From the human T2T-CHM13v2.0 reference genome, Homo sapiens: a stretch of 64,000 nt of DNA. Below are positions 16,270-30,100 of this stretch, piece after piece. The notes beneath the pieces are model-generated. The model was not told the origin of the DNA. It was given only the letters and a program-made list of their open reading frames with translations, and searched no databases. A program made the position numbers and the translations under genes. The DNA is taken from assembly GCF_009914755.1 (NCBI RefSeq), contig NC_060936.1; one strand, 5' to 3'. Positions within the stretch are counted from its first letter, which is position 1, and every line of letters starts with the position of its first letter.

Positions 16270-17090
16270 ATCCTTTACCTAGATTCCCCAAATGTCAACA
16301 CCTCATATAACTACATGAAAATGATCAATATCAGGAAATTAACATTGATAGACCACTTTTACCATCTATCTAGTCAAAGTTAGTCAATTTCCCAATTTAT
16401 GTCCTTCTTCTGAACCAGGGTCACACATGGGATTCGGTTGTCACGTCTCTTTAGTATCTTTTAATTTTGGATAGTTGCTCAGTCTTTCTTTGTCTTTCAT
16501 AAGCTTGACACCTTGAAGAGTACTGGCCAATTATGTTGTAGTATATCCCTCATTTGGGGTTTGTCTGAAATTTTATCAGTTAATTTATTTTTGGAAAATG
16601 ATGTTATGTCCTTGTCGGTGATTGTATCAGGAGGCATGTGATGTTGCTGGGTCTCATTACAGGTGCCATTAATACTGATCACTTAGCTAAAGTGATCACT
16701 TTAAAGTTATTATTTTTCCTTTCATAATTAAGTATACTGTGGGGACAGAATTGTACATTATATATAGGTTATATACTTTTCATCATATAGTCACCCATTA
16801 ATTTTAGCAGCCATGGATAATTTTTACTACTGTGATGTTTGCCAAATGGTGACATTTATTTCCATCATTCTGTCTACATTTTATTAATTGGAATACAATT
16901 ACTAAAAAAGAGCTTTATCTTCCCACTATCAACATGAACTCCTGGATTCTTATTTTATTCTATAGGAGATGATGTGTCACTGTCAATAATCTTTTTCTCT
17001 AAATTTTCTCATATTTGACCATCTGGAGACCTTTCAAGTTGGATCCTGGGTTTTCTGACATGTCTCCATCATTTTTAAGCACTTCTTGAA
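16270..17090 (-). mobile_element. Old L1 (L1MC-like) 3' fragment in the spacer of the inverted repeat
   Basis: Recognised segments such as ggttgtcacgtctctttagt and ttgaagagtactggccaattatgttgtag; subfamily uncertain. Confidence 0.6.
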
Positions 17091-17637
17091 GGAATTTTCA
17101 TCCATCTTTAATCTTACCCACCTCTAAATCACTTCACAGTGGCCCTAGCATACAGTCGTTCAGCCTGTTTGACCAAATCCAGCATCAGAGAACCTTCACC
17201 ACCAGCACAGAGCTTTCCTTCTCCAGACAATTCTGATGGCCAAGTATGTGTAACAGTCTTAGCTCTGTTTCCTCAGCATTCCTAGCTATGCAGTGTGCAA
17301 CAGATTAAGACTAAGCTAATCCTGACCAAAATGTTAACCTTATTCATGGGGCTATAATTAAATAACTCATCCAGAACTATAACCAGATGACCCAGACATA
17401 ACCTTGGGGTTTGATATTGCCAAAATGGCAGCTCATGCCTTCCCTTCCCTCTAAGCACCCCATCCACTTGGATATCCTAAGCTGAGCCTCTACATTGGTT
17501 ACTACTGTTAACTGCTATCCAGTCCTTTCCCAGAAGTAAAGTCTGCATCTGCACCTGATGATAGTGCACCATGTCTTCCAGCCTTGTGTTCGTTAGTCCT
17601 ATTTCTGGGACTAACAAACTTATACCTCCCATAACTA

Positions 17638-18346
17638 GGAGAAAATTGATGCCATGGGAATGTCTTATACCAAGATAGTATGTGATTTTTAAAAATTATA
17701 TTAAAATTTGTAGTGTAATTGTTTTTTTCCATCAAGTGCTTTGTGTTAAAGAAAATGAGTTCTTCATGGTGATTTCAATTCCTTCAACTTAACTGTTGAT
17801 GGAGTGCCGCACTGTTAAATATAAAGATTTTACAATCTTTGTATTTTAAAAAATACAAAGATTAGTAAACTTGTCCTTGTCCTCAGAGAGTTCACAGTCC
17901 AGTTAAGGGACCAAGAAATGAATAAGGCACAATAGTAAAGACGACCCAGGAAATTCTGAGTGGGTATCTATTTAGCTGGACTGAGGTAGAGGAAACAGAA
18001 AGATCTCATGAGGCTACTTGGGAGGCAGAGGGATGGAGAGAAACAGGGAAGTAAGAAGCAGCATGTTCTGTACAGGAAACTATAGAGTCTGCATGAGGTA
18101 GATAGCAGAGCTTCATTATGTGAACTGGATTGAAGTTTGCAATTTTGCTTTCTGAATTTTCTTTTATAAAAGATAAACTTCATACTTTCTAAGATTTAAA
18201 AATATATAGGGTAAATTAAAAAACATTTGTATTATTAAAATAATATCATGCTTATTATAGAAAATGGATACATATATAAAGTATTAAGGAGAGAAAATGC
18301 TCCTCCCTTCCCACCATTAATGGGTAAAGAATGGCTTTGAAAAATC
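17638..18346 (-). repeat. Right arm of ~720-bp inverted duplication
   Basis: Matches the left arm; lacks the 12-nt ctagcacatagc present in the left arm. Confidence 0.97.
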
Positions 18347-20433
18347 CGTTATTTCAAGTCCTTTTTTAACGACCAGTTGCACCAGCAATACCTGGTGAGC
18401 TTATTAAAAAATACATATTTTTGGACTCTAATTACAAGGCAAATCTTCAGCCTCAGTTTCTTCATCCATAAGGATATTCTTCCTCCATAAGAATACAGAT
18501 TTGTCAGGAAGATTAAGTGAAATGTATGTGAAGTGCTTAGCATTTTGCCTGACCCAATCTAAGTGGTGAACAACATCCGCTGCTGTTATTATTATCAGTA
18601 TTACTATTATAACTATTATTGGCCAGGCAAGTATTACAAATACCATGTATTCTGCTTCTCCTGAATGAGTAAAGAGCAACTGCCCAGAGGGGTGGCATTT
18701 CCCATCACTACATTTCATGTACAATAGGTGGCAGCAGAGCCTACATACATTGGCTCTGGTGGTCAAGAAAGGGATATCATGGAATGGAACTCAAGGGAAA
18801 TTAGGTCTTGTATGAAGAAGGGACATGCTTCTTGTTATTGACATGCTTCCAATCCACGGAGAAAGGTCCTAGATTGGAAACAAAAGGGTTAGCCTTCTAC
18901 TCTAAGATATGTCATTTTTTAGGCTTTCTGGGCTTCCATCTGTTCATCTGTCAAATGAGTGTTTGATATTAGATGATTTCCAGAATTGCTTCCATTTCTA
19001 AGACTTTATGCTTCTAATAACTGGGACTCTATAATCTTCTCAGCATTCTGTGTGAAGATGATATTGATTTATCATTCATGCTGGACTTCTTTCCTCCCAA
19101 GAGTTATATTCCTCTATGCTAAGAGTTTATCACCAAAGGAGACCAAACACAATGAAGAGAATGCCGTTTTTACTTCCTGGTGTATTTGCAGTTGCTCTAT
19201 AATGGATGGCCAAATATTTGCTACATTTTCACTGCTATTTAACTCATACATCCACTCCATTGCTTAATATTCTTCTTTTATTACGGGTATGCCTTCCAAA
19301 AACAGTGGTTATTCATGACTACTCAGATTACAGCTAAAGTTTAGAACTTTGATATCTATGTTACCTGTAATGAACCTGTAAAATAGCAAATGACCCTTGG
19401 ACTCCCATTTCCTTTTCTGCCCACCCCCAGTTCATCTGAAATAGGCTGAAATACCTGTTGCTCTTATCATACTCTCTTTCCACTACGCTTCCTTATGTAG
19501 TACAAATATGTACCTTTTAAACAGCAACCACCACCATTGAACTTTATTGAAGGTTTATCAGGTACTATTCTAAATGCTTTACCTATAGTATCTCATTAAA
19601 TTCTCACAGTAATCCCATGAAATGATGAGATGCAAAAGCACTGCATGGTTATTATTAGCTGATTTCTCCATCTTTTCTTTCAAGCCATTCTTTCCATGCC
19701 CATTCCAAAGTTATTTACCAGATTGTAGCCCAAGCCTGTAACATACTTCCCATGCTCTCCACCAAACTTATACAAAACTTACTTCCCAAAAATCTCACGA
19801 TTCAGTATATTTCTCCTATATTTCTCATTTCCACCTAAAATGGTATAATTTCTCATTTTTGCTTTTGTATTATTAGTTTAATAATAGTTTCATATTCAGT
19901 ATCCTTTATTTCCTATTATTATATTGTCTTATGCTGTTCACTTTTGAAACCTCAGATGATAAACATTTAATTATCTTAAGAATCCCTGACTTTAGTATAG
20001 AATTAAAAATTATTTCTAGATTACATGTATGCTCACTATAGAAACCTTAGACAAGACAGAAAACAAAGAGAGTAAAATATAAACGCCAGTATTTAGGTAA
20101 CAACAATTAATATTGGGCACAGAACTGTCATTTGCATAATTTAGATGATACAGTATAAAAATGGGGTCATAATAATTAGGTAGAAATGACAAATCTTTTC
20201 ATTGCTTTATTTGCCAAGATATAATATAGCTCTAATAACAATTGTGTATATGAGCTTTTTAAAAAATAACAGTTCTGTTGACCACACTTTTCTGCCTGTT
20301 CTATTTACTATCATACTCTACTTCCAACAAGTATAGAAAAATCCATTTAACAGGAATGAAATTATTCTTATTTTGAAGCTTTAAATAGTTAAGTGGGAAC
20401 TTTAAAATATTTATATTTTAAGGAAAAACGAGC

Positions 20434-20442
20434 ACTTGCCTT
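20434..20442 (-). other. Non-canonical GC 5' splice site (GC-AG intron 12308-20439)
   Basis: Minus strand reads AAG|GCAAGT, a consensus match at every other position. Splicing here to ag|GT at 12307 gives in-frame GDE-G-TLSP. Confidence 0.88.
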
Positions 20443-20565
20443 CATCTCCATCATCCCCAAATGGGTAGAAGAGAGCAACAGCTAAATTGATGAACACAGC
20501 CAGGTTGAAGGAAATGCTCCCCCAGAGAGAGATGTGCCTCGAGAACCAGAACAGTGCAGGGTTAT
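20440..20565 (-). CDS. ITPR2: ITPR2 internal exon (126 nt, phase 1-1), first transmembrane helix: (N)[41 protein letters not shown](G)
   Basis: Acceptor cacttcctag|AT; donor AAG|gcaagt (GC donor). Phase matches both neighbouring exons. Hydrophobic segment ends in FYPF as in IP3Rs. Confidence 0.94.
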
Positions 20566-21961
20566 CTAGGAAGTGAGAAATGTAAAGGAACTGAACAGGA
20601 AAATACATTTTGGTTTCAACACATGAAGCTTACCAAAACAATATTTTACTAAATGCATCATTTTTGTAAACTATTATAAAAACCTATTTAAATAAATATT
20701 TGACTTGAGTAAGTTTATTAAAAACAATCAGAACCATAAAGGAGTGAAATTTGATTTCTTCTTTCATCCTTCAGCCAGTTTAGGCCTAAACTACTGTAGA
20801 AGGGTGAGGAATTTTGCAATTGCTAAAGGTGGTCAGAAAAGGTGATTCTGTAATAACTCTCTGTAATCTATCTGCAGAGCAGTTTAGCAGTTGCCTGGGG
20901 TCCCTTTTAATGAAATGATATACTTCATTGTATAATTTGGTAATATTGATAAATTGGTCCCATTCCCATGCCTTAAAGTCAAATAAAAAAACTCCAAACC
21001 CATAGCACAGATATATTTCTAATGAAAATTCCTATGACAGTCACAGTTACCTGAAAGTATGAAACCTAATCATGTGACATAGTATTCCTGATGGGGAACT
21101 AGTGATTTATAATATTATCTACATTTTAAACCTTAAATCTTCCTAAGAACTTGTTGGGTTTGAAACAGCAGAAGAAAATGAGCACTATAATAAAAACTGT
21201 TAATAAGTGGAACACGCTTTGCTGCATATATTCAACAAAGGACTCTGTGTCTGTTATCACAAATGAATTAGTAAATACATCAATCGAATACAGTTTACAT
21301 TAACCAAAAATCAGTTCTTTCCACCTCTGTTAAATAACTGAACGGATTGGTAATGCATGTAAGTTTGAATGACAGCCAAATCTACTAGCCTGCCCTGGGC
21401 ACTCACATGGCTCCTATAGGCCTTGTCCATTCTCTAACTTTTAAAAACTTAACACCAGGATTAAAAAATTGAAGTTAATCAAGGGGGAAAGGCACATCGA
21501 TTTTCAAATGGAAATGATTAACTTTGTAGATATATCCTGTGAATTTCAACCTAGTGCCTATTGCCTACTTACAAACTGTACTTCTCTTTAGTACATCTTG
21601 TTTTCCTTCTCTTGGAAGGGAACATTCCAATGCCGAAATATGCTATGATCAGCTATGCCATTCAATTGACTAATGTATCATAAACTATAAACATCTGCAT
21701 CTCCATCATTCCTGGATTAGGAGTCCTCATTTTTAAAGGTAGACTATTAAGACAAAATTAGAAGATGTTGATGCATGTATTTGTAATAACAAATTCTCAC
21801 TATTGAATCCACCAAATGAATTAGACTCTGCCTATAGCCTCATAATAAGCTGCTTCCAAATTTTAAAGTAAAATGTACATTGAAAATTATTTAAGATTTA
21901 ATTTTTGGTAAATGATAAAATACTTATTTTTTTAAAAGCACAGACCTCCCCAAAGCACTAG

Positions 21962-22319
<358 letters not shown>

Positions 22320-23345
22320 AGAAAATATATGTTTTTTAAATGCTCCAAATAAAATTGTGTCTTCATATGTATTTTAGACACCCAAAATTTTCACTGAATT
22401 CCATAAGGCTCTACATGGTAAAATGCTAAGGGAGAATAATTTTGATTTTTTTAAAAGCATTCTGTTTTAAAAGCCTGAAAATGCATACCACACCCCTATA
22501 TCTAAAGATGATATTTCTCAAGCACCACTCAAATTCATAAATCATACCCACTAAAGTTGCTGAAAACTACCATAATGAAATACTGTTGAATAGAAGTATT
22601 GAGAACATATCCTGTTTGTCTAGAAAACTCCAAGAGACTGAAAAAGACCTACTCAAGAGTTTCCCCCATTGACTTTCGTGAAAAACTCATGAGATCCCTT
22701 ATTTTGGAAAATAAAGTTTATTTAAAAATTCTAAAATTTTAAATTTTAAAAGTCAGTGTTTCCTAATAGACGTGGGACCTAAGAGATAGGTCATGGGAAC
22801 TGTACTAAGCTGATTTTTAACTGGAATATTATAACATTGCTCTGTTTAAATACAAGTGTTATCATATGTATAACTTGTTTGATTTGGGGAGGTAAAGATA
22901 TGTTCAAAGAAAGAATTACTCTCAGCAAAACATGAAACAATCCCCTCAATCACAGGACAACAGAGGAAGAGTGCGCAGGAGCTGATGTCTCTCAATCCTA
23001 TTCACTGATAGGCCAGTCAGGGCCCATTCACGGACTTCAAACCTGTGGCTGTTCAACATTTGAAATGTACAGCTTCAACCCTGCATTTCATAACATTTAT
23101 TTAAAAATAGGATCATCATGAAGAGTCGATGTAATTAGTTAGGGCTTTCTGTTTTCCTTAAGCTGCGGGTGTCTCGGCTCCAGCGGTAGACTAAGCGGAC
23201 ACTCTTAAGACTGCAAGTGATTTCAGTAATATCAGACCAGCAAGAAATTAAAAAAACAATTTAAATGAGCTGCATCATGTGTCCCAAAGTACCAAATTAT
23301 CTACCACTATGCACAAAACTAACCATTTCAGTTTACTGTACTTAC

Positions 23346-23538
23346 TCCTGATTTTCTTCTGCCACTTCATTTCATTGTAGAGATCTTCTGTTTGCTGGAA
23401 AAAGTCATTCACTTTACTTCCTTGTTCATCCCTTTCAGTTGTATTGAACACACGGCACTTGGATTCTCGAGTGAGGTATTCACATATATTGGGGACAGGA
23501 AAAACTATTTGTTCCATGGTCCTATCATGCCGGACAAT
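23346..23538 (-). CDS. ITPR2: ITPR2 internal exon (193 nt, phase 0-1): [64 protein letters not shown]
   Basis: Acceptor ttttcag|ATT and donor AGG A|gtaagt. Contains juxtamembrane IP3R motifs [12 protein letters not shown] and TERDEQGSK. Overlaps ORF 23275..23517. Confidence 0.97.
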
Positions 23539-24279
23539 CTGAAAACATTAATTTGCATTGTTTTTAGCCTTTCAGACACCTCAGTCTTAGACTTGCTTTT
23601 GTTTTTAACATGAGTTTACTGAGAATGTTTTATGAATTCAGTTGTGAAAAAATGTGCCAACTTGAAGTATCTGAAAGAACCCTTTTTACTATACTACTTT
23701 GTATTTTTCTCTTTAAAAAAGAGAAATTAATTGACTAATATATCATGAACACTATACTTTGCTTAAAATAACAAAAACTAAAACCTTTTATTCTTTCTGG
23801 GTTAGCATTACACTTCTGCCACCCATTTTTATTTTTGTGAAGTACATCCTAAAACTAAGACAGTCTTAATTAGAAAGTGATTGGCTGGGTAGCCTTAAAC
23901 ATAGCGCTTATGTTATTTGTATCTTGTTCTTAGCCTCTTCATCCTAAAAGGGGCTGCCAGGTAACAAATGACATATTCAGCATTATGTGTCTGAACTCTA
24001 CAGAGAAAAGCGCTTTATATCATTAAAATGTTCTCTTATTCATGGTAAAACATATTTTTGTAGCTACAACATCCATGTAAACATATACCCACATTTAAAT
24101 ACTCATCATTTTTAGCCTCCCTTATTTGTTATTTGTGACTGTTTAACTTTAGACTAAAAAAAAGGCTGAATATTTTCATACAGCTTTACTATGTAACAAG
24201 GGCTTATGTAGCCTAAATTTCAAGGTTCATATTTATGTACAGTGCCCAGTTCTCAGGAATGAATAAGGATTGGCTTAAC

Positions 24280-24792
24280 CCAAACGAGTAATTCTGCTTC
24301 CCTTTGCCACTGACTGGTGTGGTGGTGGTCATGGACTGTACCTCTGGAAAGTGAGGCATAAAGAGAAATATCCTGAAAGGGCTTCCAGGAGAGATTTTGC
24401 TTCTTGGTAAAGGCAGAGAGCCATAAGAGACACACAAAACAACAACAACAACAACAACAACCAAATACACGAAAACAAAAGTTTTTTGTTGTTGTTGTTG
24501 TTTTGGTTTGCCTGTACCCTCTTTCTTCTTGCTTAGAACAAAAGGGTCTAAGGGCATGATGCTTAGAATGCTAGCAGCCATTTTGCAACCATGAGGTGAG
24601 ATAGTGTCAGCATGATAAGGAACCTAGTATAAAGATGTGAAGAGTCTGCATATTTTAAGACATCACTGAATCACTGAATCAATTACAGAACTACTGGTAC
24701 TCCAGACTTCCCATAAGATAAAATTTTACTGTTTAAACAATTGTCACTGTGGTATTCTATTAATCTTGTAACTGAAGGTATCCTAAATGATA
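24280..24792 (+). mobile_element. Old MLT1 (J/K-like) MaLR LTR with internal (AAC)n/(GTT)n tracts
   Basis: gcagccattttgcaaccatgagg core and a gtaactgaaggtatcctaa end resemble MLT1J/K. Confidence 0.55.
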
Positions 24793-24829
24793 TGTGATAT
24801 ATTCAATTACATACTAGAATACTGTCATA

Positions 24830-25550
24830 AAGCAAACTACATGAAATTTAGTAGGGTAAATAAAAATTCTTGCATATAGGTTACAAAAATCAATTGTACA
24901 AAATAATTGGACATATTTGATATGACAGGCAACCATATAGGGAAAAAAGGTTTACTTGATTCAATAGTGTCAAATATTTAAAAAAAATCTCAGGGTGCAT
25001 CAAAGAAATCATGTCTAGATTATTATAAGCCAAGCTCTTCAGTCCTTTTATGAAATGTTATGTTTGATTATGGTTGTCACATTTTACAAGCAGCATGGAC
25101 AAACTGGAGGGATTACTGAAGGAAATGGAGGTGTGTTAACCGCAAAAAGCCAGAGATGGATAATTTTTCAATACGTTTATTCAACAAATGCTTATTCCGT
25201 CTTTAGGTGAGGCATGTTGGAGAAAAAAACAACATGAACCCCAACAGGTAAGAGCTTGTAGTTTAGTAATCATGATGGCTCTTCAGATGTTAGAGTCAAG
25301 CTATCATGTTGAGGGAGAAAAAAATGTTCTGAATGTAAACATTAAAATGGGCTAATGTTAACTCTTCATTTTAAAAAAAGTTTCTAATTACTAGTCATTC
25401 AAAATCGGATCAGTTTCTTCCTGATGTAGTGAGAACTCTATCGCAGGAAGAATTTAAAGCAGAAGCAGATCATTAGAGGGCAATTCCTTCTTAGATGGGT
25501 GATTAGACACAAGGCTCTTCCTATTTCCCAGGGTCTTTAAGTCTATAACT
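24830..25550 (+). mobile_element. L3/CR1 LINE 3' relic
   Basis: Diverged CR1-like segments: atgaaatttagtagggtaaa, catggacaaactggag and gaagaatttaaagcagaagc. Confidence 0.55.
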
Positions 25551-27762
25551 TGCAGACAAACTATTATTCTCAATAACATGAATTGTTGTGGTTATGTTCA
25601 AGGCACAGGGTTCAGTTTTGGAAATACAAAGATGACCAAGACCAGTCCCTGCCTCAAGTAAAGGAGAAGTGACATACATGAAGCTAACAATATTCCAATG
25701 TGATAAATATTAAACTAACAGAATAACCAAACTGCTGTGGAAGCATACACAGTGAGATGAAATTAATGAAAGCCTGGAGAAGGGAGGAAGGACTCTCTGA
25801 GTAGGTCATGTGAGCTGGCTTCAGATGAGTGCAAGAGCTGATCAACGAGTTCATCAGCCTGGACCACTCCTTTGAAACCTGGACTTGTATATCCAACTCC
25901 ATGGATGACTCAAAGTCACCTCAAATTCAATCTATCCAATAATGAACAAATAATCTTCTTCTACCTTTTAGCTGCCAAACTTCACTCTCTCCTAGCATTC
26001 TCATACATGGCACCAACTTCTGCTCATTTATTCAAACCAGTAGCCCAGAGGACATCCTTTTCCACACCATTTTCCTAACATGTGCAATTCAACTTCAACT
26101 TCAAAGCCCTGTCAGTATGTATATGTATATGTGTGTATTTATAATATATATATAACTATATAGAGATCTATATGTATGTATGTATCTGCATCTATGTATC
26201 TATGTATTTTCCAGTCCAGCCATCTTCGATATCATCTCTCACTTTTGCCATTATAATATCTTCCTATCTGTTCTATGTGTTTTCTATCCCACTCTCTTTT
26301 CCAGTCCTGTCTCCAAACGGCAACCAGATTGATCTTTTGAAAATAGTCATCTCCTTCCCATGTTTTTCAATACCTTCCCTTCACTTACTTTCTCCTTTCT
26401 GAAATCCCCATCCTGAAGGAGAAACTCGTACTCAATCTTTAATACATTCTTAAAGGCAACCTTCTCAGTGAAATCTATCCTGAAATCGCTCAGGCACCAC
26501 TAATTATTATTTTCTCTACATTTCCTTGGCCCTTTGTTTATATACTTATAACATAGAATTATCTTCTATATGTGTGAATTGGTAGAGAGTAAGTGCTCAG
26601 TAAACATGTACTGAATGTGTGTATTTATAGCTAAATCTCTCCTCACTACTGGAATCAATAAAACAACATCAAACAACAGCTCCCATCTCTCACCCGCATT
26701 AACCAAACTTCTCCCATGGCCTGCTCACTCTATTTGCTATTCCCTGGTCTCTTCTGATCTCCTAGCTTTGTACTTTGACTTCTGGGATCTTCCTCAAGAC
26801 CTTCATGGTTTGATGACCTATTTCTATTTGTATAGAAATGTTTTTGCTGCTAGTCCAGCTCATGGGTTCCACTAAGTCAAGTCCAACACCAAAGCTATGG
26901 TACTATTAATGTTTACAAATGTGAGCAAGGTATCCGTTTCTGTGACACAAAGGTTTGACAATAGTAAACAATACAGTGTAGGGGTTATATATCTTGAGAG
27001 TGAATACAGTGATGCCCATCATGCACTCTGCTGAAAAGTAAAAAATATCTGCCAAAATGAATGAATGTATAAATGTAAATTATAGGAGTGACAAGCGTCA
27101 ACTACTCTGCTCACTTCTGCCTGATTAGCTCTGCCAGCCAGTGTCAAAATGATACCATAGCTAGTAAATGACAGCCAGATGGGTCTCAGAACACATAATG
27201 GTAAGTCCATTTTGACCCACACCTCCTGGACTGCCACCAACCATTAAATAATGTCTCATTTATGAGGGTGGTGGGGGGGTCAAGTGCTGCATACTGAAAA
27301 TGGAAACTGTTAAACCTTTCCAAGGCTATGCTATCAATATGAAAACTGTATTAGTTTCTTTCATGTTTACTCCACTTGTGAATTGCTGGAGATCTCTATT
27401 TTAATAAGCTTTCCACAATTTTAAAAAAGAAACCTTTTCCTGAATGATGGCTTCTATTATAATAATCCCATCTCTCAAACGCTATTGCTCTGCAATGATT
27501 GATTGCTTCTACAGTTAAAAAACATCTATTAATTACAAAAAAAAATTTTACATATAGTTTTAGTAAAAAAAGACAACTTTGAAAGATGTACACCTCAGTT
27601 TCCTATAAATCACTCCTCACTCATCCTTTTGCTACACATTTTTCAGTTTAAACCACTCACTTCTGCATCATTGCTCTAGAAAAAAATATGAAAATGGTCT
27701 AAAATAGGAAGTAAGCATAACTTTTCACAGTTGGTCTCTTTCAATAAATAATAGATGGTTAC

Positions 27763-27870
27763 CTCAATCTGTGCAGTGTGGTTGGCATAATACTTTAAGG
27801 CTTCATCTCCTTCATCTGGATCCGATCCTGGTTTGAGCATCTGCTGCAACAGTTTATTGTGGCGGGCCAA
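27763..27870 (-). CDS. ITPR2: ITPR2 internal exon (108 nt, phase 0-0): [36 protein letters not shown]
   Basis: Acceptor tttttccctactctag|TTG and donor GAG|gtaacc. Continues HQ-LARHNK as in IP3 receptors. Follows a 31,629-nt intron (27871-59499). Confidence 0.96.
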
Positions 27871-28709
27871 CTAGAGTAGGGAAAAAATAAAGGTTTTAGG
27901 TCTTTTTTTCCCCTTTCCTAGGGTCAAACTTTGCAATATCTTTGTCTACTTGTACACATAGCTTCAGAGTCCTAGGGTTAAGGACAATTAGTTACACTTC
28001 AGGAAAGCATGTCTGTATTTGAAAGGCAGAGATAATGAAATCACAATGATCAGCCATTAATATTTGTTGATTAAATTTATGTCTTCAATAAATGTACGAT
28101 TGTACCAGGAAGAAGAAATGTTCCCAGTGATACATAATTGACACTGTCTATAGTAAATTTAAACTACATGCAAATAAAAACAAAGTGATCAACAGTGCAA
28201 TAAATCAGTGAGTGGTGGGAACAATATAAATGTGTGTTTTTCCTATACACACATAAATAGGTATCTGTATTTCAGAAGAGTTTCTCTTATAGCATGTAAT
28301 CTAAGCTCTACATTAGTAGTTGGTATAAAGTCCTATGTTGCTTCATGTTTGTAAGCCAAAATGAGTGCTTTCTGGGTATAGATCTTGATTTTATTGTCAT
28401 TGAAATCAGGCATTTAAAAAAGCAAAAATTTCACCATAAATTATTTTAAACTGCTTGTAGTGGAAGTGATCTTTCTCTCCCATTTGAATGTCTACAGCAT
28501 GTGTTGGCTAGTTCTCTCACTTTGTAGATTAGTAATACATGTTGCCTTCAGATGTCTCTTTTATGGTTGTCTCGAGCAATTCCTGAAACCTTGCAATGTC
28601 TTTCACTTATCAAATATCTTATTAATGCTTAAATTCCCTGAGGGCTTCTACTAACAGAGACTCTACCACAGAACTCTTTCACTCCCAGCACAATGCCTGC
28701 CTCCAACTC

Positions 28710-28885
28710 CATGCCAGGCACTAATTCTAAGCACTTCAAGTACATGATCTTATTTGAATCTACTAAGAAATCCAGTGGTAAGCACTCTTATTATTGCCAT
28801 TGACAGATGAGGAAACTGAAGCACAGAGAGTGTAAGGAACTTGTTTGTGATAACATAGCTAGAAAATGGTAGAGCCAGTATTTTA
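28710..28885. mobile_element. MIR SINE
   Basis: Core ccattgacagatgaggaaactgaagcacagagag. Similar MIR relics lie near 3700-3900, 6650-6840, 18430-18600 and 41930-42170. Confidence 0.8.
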
Positions 28886-29319
28886 TCGACATTACGGAGC
28901 AATAAGTTTTCCTATTATTCATGAGATCTTAATACCAATTATTATTATAATCATGGAGATGAATTTTAAATAATAATTCAGAAACTAGAAGACCAAATGA
29001 ACATTATCCTTATAAGTGATAATTTGGTAAGTTAAATGTTCATTACATTGATGCTGCTCTAGAGCAAATCATTTTGAAAACTGTTATTTCAGAATTGGTT
29101 TCCTGGGTCACTAATCAATCACTCAAGAAAACTATTTCCTATTTTCTATTTACATTTTTTTAACTAAATTTGAATTATACACATTTTTATTACAAACCAC
29201 AGTCATGAAACTTGTTGTGACTTACAGGGGTTTCTAAAAATCTCAATCAGTTTGAAAGCATAAAATTACTGTAATCTTTAGGTACCTTAGCATGTTTTAA
29301 GAAGTGGCCAGTTCTTGAA

Positions 29320-30100
29320 GGCAAAACTGGCATGATTTGTTTGCTGACTGGATCTGGGGCATGAAAGAAAGAGAATTAAGGATGATTCCAAAGTTATTGA
29401 CCTGAGCGACTAATAGTTTAGAAACGTCATTTACTAAGAAAAAATGTAGGAGGAGTACATTTAGCAGGATAAAATCAGGACTTTGGTTTTGGACATATGA
29501 AGCTTTAGACGAGGAGCGGGCTGTTGGATTTGTCTGTCAGGAATTCTGGGCAGAGGTCAGTGCTGGAGCTGTGCATGGAGGGGACGTCAGTATATGACTG
29601 ATATTTAAAATCATGAGCCTTAGTGAGATCACCTAAAAGTGAGCTTAAACAGAGAAAAGAGCTCCATGGAACTCCAATATAGGTTAGGAAGAGAAAAGAC
29701 ATCAGCAAATTAGACTGAGAAAGTTGGTTAAGAAAGGTAGGAACAAAACCCCACGCAGCCAGGTGTCTTGCAGCCAAGTGAAGAAATAATTTCAAGAAGG
29801 AGGGATTGATTATCTGCATCAAATGTAGCAGGTAAGTCCAATCAAATGAGGACAGAGAAATGTCATTTGGTTTAGCAACTCAGAAATTACCAAAAAGCTT
29901 CACAGCAGCCGTTTTAGGAAGTGGTGGATACCAAAGCTTAATTGTAGTGAGTTTAAAAAAGAATGGGAGGCGAGGAAGTATAAACAAGGAGTGTGAGTAG
30001 AGGCAGCTCTTGAGGACTGCAGGTGTAAGGGAGACCCAAGAAATAGATGGCAGCTAGACAAAAGGGCAGGGATAAAGGTGGATTTTTTAAATACGGAAAA
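29320..30100 (-). mobile_element. L2 LINE fragment
   Basis: aaggatgattccaaagttattgacctgagcgact, tttggttttggacat and gagatcacctaaaagtgag are typical antisense L2 segments. Confidence 0.65.

Noticed and set aside
21044-21066. Minus-strand tttcatactttcag|gtaact, resembling a recursive splice site
   Set aside because: It lies in a 2.8-kb intron and the donor is sub-consensus; known recursive sites are in very long introns.
23010-23125. Minus-strand ATGATGA ... CTGA about 100 nt apart, resembling a C/D box snoRNA
   Set aside because: No terminal stem and no recognisable rRNA/snRNA guide; such short boxes occur by chance.
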